From Micromonosporaceae bacterium (GTDB taxonomy: Bacteria > Actinomycetota > Actinomycetes > Mycobacteriales > Micromonosporaceae): a stretch of DNA of 64,000 nucleotides. The notes under the pieces were generated by a model. It searched no databases. It was not told the DNA's origin and saw only the letters and a program-made list of their open reading frames with translations. The DNA is taken from contig DATHBD010000082.1 of NCBI GenBank assembly GCA_035296325.1, forward strand, positions 137,771 through 201,770, given 5' to 3'. Below, in pieces: positions 20,401 through 28,053 of this stretch. The translations under genes were made by a program, and so were the position numbers. Every line of letters begins with the position of its first letter. The first letter of the stretch is position 1.

Positions 20401-20919
20401 GGAACCCTGGCAACCGGGCACTCGGACCGGACAGCGATGCTGTGGGACGTCACCGACCGAGCCGCTCCCCACCAGCTCGCCATCCTGACCGGCAGCGGCG
20501 CCCCACGCAACTACTGGCAACAACACGGGCCCCGGCGCGAGGAAGTGTCGACGTTGGCGCTCAGCGCCGACGGAGCCACCCTGGTGGCCGTCTCGGGCGA
20601 TGACGCAGAAGCGGTGCTGTGGGACATCGCCGTCCGGACCAACCCTATCCAACTGGCCACCTTTGCATTTCAACAGGAGAACTGGATGAGGAACCCCTAT
20701 TACTCGGCGGCCTTGAGCCCCGACGGACGCACCCTGGCAATCAGCGGTGAGAGCGACCGCGGCGACGGGCTTACTTCACTTTGGGACTACACGAAGCTGA
20801 ACGATCTCCGCGCCGACCCTGCCAAGCAGGCCTGTGCCATCACCGGTCGTGGCCTCACCGCCGAGGAGTGGGCCAGTTACATTCCCGACTTCCCGTACCA
20901 ACCGACCTGTGCCGCCTGA
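17479..20919 (+). CDS. TIR-domain / transmembrane / coiled-coil / WD40 beta-propeller protein (1146 aa)
   Basis: N-terminal 'GFDGFISYSHAADGQLA...YFVLMASPEAARSPWVNREIEHW' matches the TIR betaA (xFISY) and SxW..E catalytic-Glu motifs. 'VWSVGVASLVVLALVASLTGVLAV' is a single TM helix. About 230 aa are Q/E/R/A-rich coiled coil. From about residue 440 onward there are at least 14 WD40-like repeats (WD/WN/LWD dipeptides recurring every 40-50 aa), consistent with two propellers. The TIR part uses TTG/GTG/CGT-rich codons and the propeller part has lower GC3 than neighbouring genes. Confidence 0.8.
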   Translation: MGFDGFISYSHAADGQLAPAVQRGLHRLAKPWHRRRALWIFRDQTGLAVTPALWTSIQQALDGSKYFVLMASPEAARSPWVNREIEHWVATKSADKILPVVTDGEWRWDAAAKDFDPSSTAVPAALRGVFGEEPLYLDLRWARNDVQLSLRHSRFRDAIAQLAAPMHGLSKDELEGEDVRQHRRVRRVWSVGVASLVVLALVASLTGVLAVRNAGRANTSAAEAQRQERAAAEQRGSAERFAEKAREQEEVAKREEARAKAAGDEARRQEQLAAQQKGLAGQAAAEAGRQQENARRQQGLGDAAAARAREQERAAQQQREVARGAVAETARQKEIAQQQQRLAEQAAAVTREQEQIARDMQRLAEEATKKAQQQEQIAKDMQQLAKDAEAEMLKQKANAEEQQRIAISRRLTTQAKATMGRDPKTALMLGAAAQKVQPDAETRRDITGLIRGTHHAGIIPDVTGVAYGSNGVLATMSEDGQVSLWNATDPAKPDLLAKPENKGSPAVAYALSADGRTLVTSHQDGRVVVWSLANPTRPDETATLPRDDALTTVSMALSVDARTLAMYDHDATAEDRLFSSWSESLWDLTDRSGPKRLFQRADSTNSRHEPASFLFSHDGRTMATTSNAEGDGSLSDVTDPAHPVQLDWFGKIDPAQSPLTFSPVADILVVADIGTMTLWDLAPDSRGWLSELKGHVVSAAFSPDGRTLAAADADGKTTLWNVSDPEYPVRLADVTGHGSVTSMAWSPDGTTLVTTGGFATARLWRVKPYGAPEPFRELIEEHASVVTTAFSQDGHTMATTGADGTIFWDMTNPAHPVRRDHTPSLDGGSFARTAFSRDLRTAASAGGDEVTVTDVTHPTRPRTLFHEDLKPEDLTWGVTGLVLSPDARTLAIGADRNRVMIWAMTDQGRFTRLGTVPYKGKSIALSPDGRTLAVDDTAKTVALWDLTSRPAPVKVGKVAGDVDLVGPVAFSPDGGTLATGHSDRTAMLWDVTDRAAPHQLAILTGSGAPRNYWQQHGPRREEVSTLALSADGATLVAVSGDDAEAVLWDIAVRTNPIQLATFAFQQENWMRNPYYSAALSPDGRTLAISGESDRGDGLTSLWDYTKLNDLRADPAKQACAITGRGLTAEEWASYIPDFPYQPTCAA

Positions 20920-20998
20920 CGGATCGGCAAACCGGACGCGACAGCGTGCCAGTAGGCCTGACGTGCGCCATCAAGGCGCAGCACACTAGCGTGAGCCC

Positions 20999-21523
20999 AT
21001 GGCGCATGCTGGCGATGGCGAACGGGTGGCCGCGGCACTCGTGGACCGGTTGGCCGGCCTGACCTTCGTGGACAAGACCGCCGACGAGGTGACCGCGCTG
21101 CTCATCGACGCGGCGGCGGCCTGGGCCGCCGAGCAGGGCTGGCGGGTGTACCGGCGGGCGGCCAGCGTGCTCCCCCTGCCACCGCCGTACGCGCACCAGC
21201 GCTCCACCGTGGACCTCGCGTGCGCCCGCCCGCACGGGGCGCCCATCGTGATCGAGTTCGACCGCACCAACCGGCAGCGGTCCATCGACAAGCTCCTCGC
21301 CGAGGCGGCGGCCGGGCGCGTCGCGATCTGGGTGCGGTGGAACAGCCGTCGGATCGAGCCGGCGCCCCCGCCCATCTGGCTGGTGCCGTGCGAGGTCATC
21401 GCGCGTTCCGGCGCCGGGGACCGCGGGCGGTTGTTCTCCCGGTTGCCGGCGCCGGACCGCCCGGCGCCGATGCACACTGTGCTCGAGGGTGCCGTCGACC
21501 AGCAACCCGACCTGTTCAGCTGA
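20999..21523 (+). CDS. Hypothetical protein (174 aa), possible nuclease-like fold
   Basis: ORF immediately downstream of the TIR gene and overlapping by about 35 nt the start region of the aldehyde dehydrogenase. 'VDLACARPHGAPIVIEFDRTNRQRSIDKLL' loosely resembles a PD-(D/E)xK-like core. No confident domain call. Confidence 0.35.
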   Translation: MAHAGDGERVAAALVDRLAGLTFVDKTADEVTALLIDAAAAWAAEQGWRVYRRAASVLPLPPPYAHQRSTVDLACARPHGAPIVIEFDRTNRQRSIDKLLAEAAAGRVAIWVRWNSRRIEPAPPPIWLVPCEVIARSGAGDRGRLFSRLPAPDRPAPMHTVLEGAVDQQPDLFS

Positions 21524-21539
21524 CCAGAAGGGCGCGACG

Positions 21540-22949
21540 ATGCCGATCGCCACCACGAACCCGGCCACCGGCGAGGTGATCCGCACGTTTCAGGCGTTCT
21601 CCGAGGCGCAGATCGACGCCGCGATCGGGCGCTCGGCCGACGCCTTCGCGGTGCTGCGTGCCACCTCGTTCGCCCAGCGGGCCACCTGGATGCGGGCGGC
21701 CGCGGACCTCCTCGACGCCGAGGGCGACGAGGTTGCGGCGTTGATGACCCTGGAGATGGGCAAGATCCTGGCGGCGGCGAAGGCGGAGGTGGCGAAGTGC
21801 GCCACCGCCTGCCGGTTCTACGCCGAGCATGCCGAGGCGTTCCTGGCCGACGAGCCGGCGGATGCCGACGCGGTGGGCGCGGCGCGGGCGTACACCCGGT
21901 ATCAACCGATCGGCCCGGTGCTGGCGGTCATGCCGTGGAACTTCCCGCTGTGGCAGGCGATGCGGTTCGCGGCGCCGGCGTTGATGGCCGGCAACGTCGG
22001 CCTGCTCAAGCACGCTTCGAACGTGCCACAGACCGCGCTCTACCTGGGCGGGTTGTTCGCCCGGGCGGGCTTCCCGGACGGCGCCTTCCAGACGCTGCTG
22101 ATCGGCTCGGACGCCGTGGAGCGGGTGCTCTCCGACCCCCGGGTGCGGGCCGCCACCCTCACCGGCAGCGAGGGCGCCGGCCGCTCCATCGGCCAGATCG
22201 CCGGCCGGGAGCTGAAGAAGACCGTACTGGAACTCGGCGGCAGCGACCCGTTCGTCGTGATGCCCTCGGCCGACATGGACCTGGCCGCCGCGGTTGCGAC
22301 CACCGCGCGTTGCCAGAACAACGGCCAGTCCTGCATCGCGGCCAAGCGCTTCATCGTGCACACCGACGTCTACGACGCCTTCGTGGACCGGTTCGTGGCG
22401 CACATGGCGGCACTGCGGGTGGGCGACCCGATGGCCGACGGCGTGGACGTTGGTCCGCTCGCCACCGAGCAGGGGCGCGCCGACGTCGAAGAGCTCGTCC
22501 GCGACGCGGTCGACAGGGGCGCCAAGGTCCTCTGCGGCGGCCAGCCTGGCGAGGGCGCCGGATGGTGGTACCCGCCGACCGTGGTGGCCGACCTGACGCC
22601 GGACATGCGGATGTACCGCGAAGAGGTGTTCGGCCCGGTCGCCGGCCTCTACCGGGTCTCCTCCTACGCCGAGGCGATCGAGGTGGCCAACGACAACCCG
22701 TACGGTCTCGGCTCCAACGCGTGGACCCGGGACCCGGCCGAGCAGGAGCGCTTCGCCGCCGATCTGGACGCCGGCATGGTCTTCGTCAACGGGATGACGA
22801 CGTCCTACCCGGAGTTGCCGTTCGGTGGCGTCAAGGACTCCGGATACGGTCGGGAACTGTCCGCCGTGGGTATCCGCGAATTCTGCAACCTCAAGGCCGT
22901 GTGGGTCGGCGACGGTGGCCGGGCCCACCTCGGTTCCACAACCGAGTAA
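21540..22949 (+). CDS. NAD(P)-dependent aldehyde dehydrogenase (succinate-semialdehyde dehydrogenase-like)
   Basis: 'VLAVMPWNFPLWQA', 'ELGGSDPFVV', 'NNGQSCIAAKRFIV' (catalytic Cys), 'EEVFGPV', 'NDNPYGLGSNAWT': the full ALDH signature set. Start at the ATG at 21540 ('MPIATTNPATGEV'). Confidence 0.85.
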   Translation: MPIATTNPATGEVIRTFQAFSEAQIDAAIGRSADAFAVLRATSFAQRATWMRAAADLLDAEGDEVAALMTLEMGKILAAAKAEVAKCATACRFYAEHAEAFLADEPADADAVGAARAYTRYQPIGPVLAVMPWNFPLWQAMRFAAPALMAGNVGLLKHASNVPQTALYLGGLFARAGFPDGAFQTLLIGSDAVERVLSDPRVRAATLTGSEGAGRSIGQIAGRELKKTVLELGGSDPFVVMPSADMDLAAAVATTARCQNNGQSCIAAKRFIVHTDVYDAFVDRFVAHMAALRVGDPMADGVDVGPLATEQGRADVEELVRDAVDRGAKVLCGGQPGEGAGWWYPPTVVADLTPDMRMYREEVFGPVAGLYRVSSYAEAIEVANDNPYGLGSNAWTRDPAEQERFAADLDAGMVFVNGMTTSYPELPFGGVKDSGYGRELSAVGIREFCNLKAVWVGDGGRAHLGSTTE

Positions 22950-22967
22950 CGGCGGCCCGGCCGTGCG

Positions 22968-24266
22968 TCACGCCAGGACGAAGTAGCGGAGCCAGAGGTA
23001 CGGCACGGCGAGCCCCACGGTGACCAGGGTGACCACCAGGCCGTACTTGGTGAACTCCCAGAACGTGATGCGCTTGCCGGCGCGTTCCGCGATGCCCAGC
23101 ACCACCACGTTGGCCGACGCACCGACGGCGGTGGCGTTGCCACCCAGGTCCGCGCCGAGCGCCAGCGCCCACCACAGCACCTGGGACTGCTTACCGCCGC
23201 CCTGGGCCTCGACCAGTTCGGCGACGACCGGGCTCATCGTCGCCACGTATGGGATGTTGTCCACGATCGCCGACAGCACCGCCGACCCCCACAGCAGCGC
23301 CATCGACGCGAGGAAGAGCCGGCCCTCGGTCGCCTCGATCGCGGCCCGGGAGATCTGCTCCACGACACCGGTGTTGACCAGTGCGCCGACCATCACGAAC
23401 AGACCCGCGAAGAACACCAGGGTCGGCCACTCCACATCCTTGGCGACGGATTCGGCGTCCAGCCGGGACAGCACGAGCAGGAGCAGCCCGCCGACGAGCG
23501 CGACGATCGACGGCTCCAGGTGCAGTGCGGTGTGCAGCACGAACGCCGCCGTGACGACGCTGAGGACCGCGAGGCTGACAACGAGCAGCCGGCCGTCGCG
23601 GATCGCGTCGCGCTCCCGCAGCGCGGCGATGCTCTGCGCGCGCTCGGCGTCGTAGGTGAACGCCTTGCGGAAGAGCACCCGGCACAGCCCCACGAACACC
23701 ACCAGGAGCAGGACGACGAACGGCGCGAGGTGGACCAGGAAGTCGTTGTACGACAAGCCGGCCCGGCTGGCGACGATGATGTTCGGCGGGTCACCGACGA
23801 GCGTCGCCGTGCCACCGATGTTGGCGGCCAGCACCTCGGCGATCAGGAATGGCGCGACCGGAACGCCGAGCCGCTCGCACACCAGAAAGGTCACCGGCGC
23901 CACCAGGAGCACCGTGGTGACGTTGTCCAGCGCCGCCGACGCCACTGCCGTGACGAGTACCAGGATCACCATGACCCGGAACGGCCGGCCCTTGGCCCGC
24001 TTCGCCGACCAGATGGCGATGTACTCGAACGCGCCGGTGCGCTGCAGCACCGCGACGATGAGCATCATGCCGACCAGCAGGAAGATGACGTTCCAGTCGA
24101 TGCCGGCCTCTTCGGAGAAGAAGGCGTGCTCGGCGTCGGTGGCGCCGATCAGCATCATGATCACCGCGCCGCCGACCGCGGCCTTCACCCGGTGGATCTT
24201 CTCCGTCGCGATCAGGATGTAGGCGCCGGTGAAGACCGCCACGGCCGCCCAGGCGAGCCCGCTCAT
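22968..24266 (-). CDS. ArsB/NhaD-superfamily anion permease (citrate/arsenite transporter-like)
   Basis: 432 aa with about 10-12 TM helices and internal repeat topology ('...NVTTVLLVAPVTF...' and '...DNIPYVATMSPVV...'), typical of ArsB/NhaD/CitMHS permeases. Confidence 0.6.
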   Translation of the reverse strand: MSGLAWAAVAVFTGAYILIATEKIHRVKAAVGGAVIMMLIGATDAEHAFFSEEAGIDWNVIFLLVGMMLIVAVLQRTGAFEYIAIWSAKRAKGRPFRVMVILVLVTAVASAALDNVTTVLLVAPVTFLVCERLGVPVAPFLIAEVLAANIGGTATLVGDPPNIIVASRAGLSYNDFLVHLAPFVVLLLVVFVGLCRVLFRKAFTYDAERAQSIAALRERDAIRDGRLLVVSLAVLSVVTAAFVLHTALHLEPSIVALVGGLLLLVLSRLDAESVAKDVEWPTLVFFAGLFVMVGALVNTGVVEQISRAAIEATEGRLFLASMALLWGSAVLSAIVDNIPYVATMSPVVAELVEAQGGGKQSQVLWWALALGADLGGNATAVGASANVVVLGIAERAGKRITFWEFTKYGLVVTLVTVGLAVPYLWLRYFVLA

Positions 24267-24709
24267 GTGCCGAGCATCCGGTCCAGCAGCGAGTCCAGCG
24301 TGATCGCTCCGACCAACGGCTGGTCCTTCGCAGCCACCGCCACCAGCGGGGTCCGGGTACGCGCCATCACGGCGGCAATCTCCAGGACCGTCGCGTCCGG
24401 GTCGACCACAGGGAGTTCGCGCTTCTCCCGGGGCAGCAACTCGGCAACGGTCCGACCGTCGATGCCCCGGAGGAAGACATCCGCGGCGGCCTCGTCGATC
24501 ACGCGGGCCAGCGCCGGGTCGTCCTGGCAGTAGGCGGGGAGGGCCATCCGGAGCACCTGCGTGCCGGGCAGGATGGTGGCCGGTCGGCCGCTGTCATCCA
24601 CGACGATCAGGCCGGGCAAATTGTTGCCGGCCAGCAGGCGCGCCGCCTCGAGCGCCGCCGTGTCCATGGTGACGGTCGGGAATGGCCCGGCCAGGTCTCT
24701 GGCTCGCAT
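24263..24709 (-). CDS. CBS-domain pair protein
   Basis: '...PGLIVVDDSGRPATILPGTQVL...' and '...TRTPLVAVAAKDQPLVGAITLDSLLDRM' are tandem CBS motifs. ATG with a GGAG RBS. Its stop overlaps the permease start (ATGA). The track ORF is over-extended at the N-terminus. Confidence 0.7.
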   Translation of the reverse strand: MRARDLAGPFPTVTMDTAALEAARLLAGNNLPGLIVVDDSGRPATILPGTQVLRMALPAYCQDDPALARVIDEAAADVFLRGIDGRTVAELLPREKRELPVVDPDATVLEIAAVMARTRTPLVAVAAKDQPLVGAITLDSLLDRMLGT

Positions 24710-24868
24710 ACGGGTCTCCTGGTCATGGTCGTGGACAGAAGAAATCCAACGCCGACCAGACTTCCCGGCACACCTGCTGATCACCCTATCCTGACCCGGC
24801 TCCCGGCGGGATCGGCCGGGCCCTCGATCCACGCGTCGAGGGCCCGGTGGCCCTCGACGCGTGGACCA

Positions 24869-26053
24869 TCAGAAGTCCACGGCCACCAACGCGTTTCCGG
24901 TGGCGCCGATCAGGTGGGAGCGGCAGTCCATGGCGGCCTGCAGGCAACCCTTCACCCAGGCCTCCGAAGCCGCCGGATCCCAGCCGTTGAACCAGTCGCC
25001 GTGGATGGAGTAGCCGCCCGCGCCGTTGCGGTACATGTCGGAGGACAACCGAAGGTTCGCCGCGCTGCCGGTCACGTGGTACGTCACGTGGTAGCTGACC
25101 TCCGGCAACGCGATCGTTCCCGCCGGGCAGCCCCGGCCCGGTATGGCGTAGACCAGATGACTCTTGTGGTCGGCGGAGTCGAGATCCCGACCGTTCCAGC
25201 ACTGCGGGAACGTGATGTTCATGACGATCTGTCCGCTGGGGCACTGCGCGTTCGTCGGGATGGCCGGAGTGGCCGCGCCGCCGTTCACGCATCCCCAGTC
25301 GGCGATGTCGGACTGCGGGCCGCTCGCCATCGCGTTGCCGGCCACCATCCGCAGGCCCGCGGGCAACGGCCGGATGTCGCGCGGCTGCACTCCGCGATAT
25401 CCGGTCTTGTAGTACACATCGATCGTCTGCGGCGCGACCGCTTCGCCGGTCGCGGTGTCCACCAGTGCGGGCACCCAGTACCCGCTGCGGTTGATGGTGC
25501 CGCCGCGGCAGGTCCCGTTGCCGGTTGACGCGATCGACTGCGCGGTGGAGTGTGCATCCACGCCGGCGTTGCCCCAGAACATGTGCAGGTGCGACCCGCC
25601 CGGTCGACCCGGTGCCACGATGGGGTCGTCGGCCAGCCAGCGCGCGGCCCGGCAGCGGGTGCGGAACGCCCCGACCCCGTCGCCGGCCCGTACCGGCTTT
25701 TCGTTGGTGCGCCGCACCAGGGCCTCGGGGTACCCGGCCCAGACCGGCGGGGTCTTCAGGATGCTCGATGGGTCGCCGGTCGCCTGGTGCTGCGGCGTCC
25801 GTGGTGCGCCGCCCGTCGGAGGCGATACCTCTTTGTCCACGCCGGGGGGCGCTGCGACGGCGCTCCGACCGGGCATCGCCGTCGTCGCCGGTGCCGGTTG
25901 GGCGGCCTGGGCCGGTCGGTGCTGGCCGTGCCAATGCCGACGACGCGACTCCGCCCCCGCGGAGCCGTACGCCGTCAGCACCACCGCGACCACGGCGACG
26001 GCGATGCCGGCAACCACCGTCCGTCGGTGCCACGCGCTGCGCTGCCCTGCCAT
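24869..26053 (-). CDS. Membrane-anchored DUF1996-like extracytoplasmic protein (paralogue 1)
   Basis: N-terminal signal-anchor 'RRTVVAGIAVAVVAVVLTAY', then a Cys/Trp/His-rich domain ('SHLHMFWGNAGVDAHSTAQSIASTGNGTC...FPQCWNG...YHVTYHV...GDWFNGW') that aligns along its length with the adjacent paralogue. The DUF1996 assignment is from memory of the family signature (H-x-H-x-F-x-G) and is unverified. Confidence 0.5.
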   Translation of the reverse strand: MAGQRSAWHRRTVVAGIAVAVVAVVLTAYGSAGAESRRRHWHGQHRPAQAAQPAPATTAMPGRSAVAAPPGVDKEVSPPTGGAPRTPQHQATGDPSSILKTPPVWAGYPEALVRRTNEKPVRAGDGVGAFRTRCRAARWLADDPIVAPGRPGGSHLHMFWGNAGVDAHSTAQSIASTGNGTCRGGTINRSGYWVPALVDTATGEAVAPQTIDVYYKTGYRGVQPRDIRPLPAGLRMVAGNAMASGPQSDIADWGCVNGGAATPAIPTNAQCPSGQIVMNITFPQCWNGRDLDSADHKSHLVYAIPGRGCPAGTIALPEVSYHVTYHVTGSAANLRLSSDMYRNGAGGYSIHGDWFNGWDPAASEAWVKGCLQAAMDCRSHLIGATGNALVAVDF

Positions 26054-26095
26054 GGTGTCCCTCCAGGATTGTTGCTGTTCGGTCGGTCGTCCCGG

Positions 26096-27367
26096 CTAAA
26101 GATCGCCGTCGATCATGCGGCCGTCGCCGAGGGTGGATGAGCAGCTCGCGGGCTTGCCAACGCAGCTGTCGGTCCACACCGTCGCCAGCTCCGGCCGCCA
26201 TCCGTTGCTGAAGCCGCCGGCGATCGCGTAGCCGCCCTGCGCGGCCGACACGTCGGAGGCCAGCCGCCAGCGCGTCGGGTCGCTGCCCGGCAGGACCGGG
26301 TAGTAGACGTGGTAGTGCAGTTCCGGAATGGCTTTCCAACCCGCCGGGCACCCCTTGCCCGGGGTCACGTACGCCATGTGGCGCATGAAGTTCGGCGTGC
26401 CGGTGGCGGCGCCGTCCCAGCACTGCGGAAACGCCAGGTTCAACACGACCGCGTCGCCCACCGCGCACGACGGGATCGTGGCGGACCGCACGTAGGCGTT
26501 CTCGCAGCCCCAGTCGGCGTGCTCCTGCCGACCGCTCGCCGACGGGTTGCCGGCCACCATGCGCAGCCCGGCCGGCAGGGGCACCACCTGCTCCGGCCGC
26601 ACCCCGCCGTACCCGTTCTGGTAGTAGACGGAAATGGCACGGGGCGCCAGCGGGGCGCCGGTCGCGGTGTCGATGACCGCCGGAGTCCAGTACGCCGAGC
26701 GGTCGGCGATGCCGCCCTTGCAGGTGGAGTTGCCGGATCCGGCGATGCTCTGCGCGGTCGATGTCGCCCCGGTGCCGGTGTTGCCCCAGAACATGTTCAG
26801 GTACGAGCTTCCCGGTCGGCCCGGATGCAGCACCGGGTCGTCGGGGGCCATGTGGGAGTACAGACAGGCGGTGCGGAACCAGCCCTGTCCATCGTCGCTC
26901 GCCGGCGGGCGGTGGCCCGTCTGGCGCACCCGCAGCTGAGCCGATCCGGCGGAGCCCGCCGGGATCTTCGTCGGGTCGAAGCGCACGCCTGGCGGTGTCC
27001 CGGGACGTTGCGCCAGGGTCGGTGTTGCGGATGCGGGCCGGCTTGCCGCACCGGACGGCGTGCCCGGCTTCGCCGGGTCACCGAGCACCGGGTCACCGAG
27101 CGCCGGGTCACTGAGCGCCGGACCCGGTGGCGCATCGAGAGACTCCGGGGCTGCGGGGGGAGCCAGATGCGGCCCTGCCTCGCTGCGCAGCGACGACCAC
27201 ACCGGCACCGACACCGCCAGCACCACGGCGGCCAGGACCGTCCCGGCGATCCGCCTCATTCGGCGGCGCGCGACCATGCCGCCGGCCACCTCGATCATCT
27301 CCCGGGGCCGTGCCGGCACGTCGGGCACCGCGTCGACCAGCAGCCGTCGCAGCTCTTCGTTGCTCAT
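26096..27367 (-). CDS. Membrane-anchored DUF1996-like protein (paralogue 2), in anti-sigma position downstream of the ECF sigma factor
   Basis: 'MSNEELRRLLVDAVPDVPARPREMIEVAGG' is a short cytoplasmic N-terminus, then TM 'IAGTVLAAVVLAVSVPVW', then a P/A-rich linker and a domain 'SYLNMFWGNTGTGATSTAQSIAGSGNSTC...FPQCWDG...YHVYYPV...GGFSNGW'. Its ATG overlaps the sigma-factor stop (ATGA). Confidence 0.5.
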   Translation of the reverse strand: MSNEELRRLLVDAVPDVPARPREMIEVAGGMVARRRMRRIAGTVLAAVVLAVSVPVWSSLRSEAGPHLAPPAAPESLDAPPGPALSDPALGDPVLGDPAKPGTPSGAASRPASATPTLAQRPGTPPGVRFDPTKIPAGSAGSAQLRVRQTGHRPPASDDGQGWFRTACLYSHMAPDDPVLHPGRPGSSYLNMFWGNTGTGATSTAQSIAGSGNSTCKGGIADRSAYWTPAVIDTATGAPLAPRAISVYYQNGYGGVRPEQVVPLPAGLRMVAGNPSASGRQEHADWGCENAYVRSATIPSCAVGDAVVLNLAFPQCWDGAATGTPNFMRHMAYVTPGKGCPAGWKAIPELHYHVYYPVLPGSDPTRWRLASDVSAAQGGYAIAGGFSNGWRPELATVWTDSCVGKPASCSSTLGDGRMIDGDL

Positions 27368-27879
27368 CGGGCCACCTCCTCGACGTCGGGAATCCTCAGA
27401 TCTGTGTCGGCGCGCAACGCGGCCAGGGCCCGGGCGGCCTGCACCTTGACCGTGCCTTCGGAGCAGCCCAGGACGTCGGCGGTGGCAGTGATCGACAGGT
27501 CCTCGACGTAGCGGAGCACCACCACCGCCCGCTGTTGGCGCGACAACCGCGCGAGCGCCCGGCGGACGACATCGCGGGTGGCGAAATCGCCGGCCACATC
27601 GCGGTGGTCGCCGATCTCGGGCAGGTCCGTCGACGGCACCTCGAAACGCCACCGGCGGCGGCGCCACGACATGTACGTCGAGAACAGCGCCTGCCGGACG
27701 TACGCCTCCGGGTTGCCGCCGGCGGCGATTCGCTGCCATCGCGGCCACACCTGGGCCAGGACCGTCTGCAGCAGGTCCTGGGCCCGGTACGAGTCGCCCG
27801 TGAGCAACCACGCCGACCGCAGCATCGCGGGCGAGCGGGCAGTCACGAATTCCTCGAATCCGTCCGGGGGTGTAGGCAT
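27364..27879 (-). CDS. ECF-subfamily RNA polymerase sigma-70 factor
   Basis: 'FEEFVTARSPAMLRSAWLLTGDSYRAQDLLQTVLAQVW' is region 2. 'LSRQQRAVVVLRYVEDLSITATADVLGCSEGTVKVQAARALAALR' is the region 4 HTH. ATG at 27879 with a GGAGG RBS, 171 aa. The track ORF is over-extended. Confidence 0.8.
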   Translation of the reverse strand: MPTPPDGFEEFVTARSPAMLRSAWLLTGDSYRAQDLLQTVLAQVWPRWQRIAAGGNPEAYVRQALFSTYMSWRRRRWRFEVPSTDLPEIGDHRDVAGDFATRDVVRRALARLSRQQRAVVVLRYVEDLSITATADVLGCSEGTVKVQAARALAALRADTDLRIPDVEEVAR

Positions 27880-28053
27880 GCGTTCCTCCACCCACCCAAG
27901 CGCGTTGGCAGTGCCGGGGGGTAAACAGACGCAAGGGCAGAGACGGGACTTTTTTCGGCGACCGGCGCAGGGACCATATCGCGCCACGCCGCGGTCAGAA
28001 CCGGGACCGGACCTGCGGCCCGGAGCTGCCGGAGAGCACTCGGACCCAGTCCC

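Noticed and set aside
27880-28053. T-tract 'cttttttc' near 27945 as a possible intrinsic terminator.
   Set aside because: There is no convincing GC-rich stem immediately upstream. The region is the promoter side of the ECF sigma gene rather than a 3' end.
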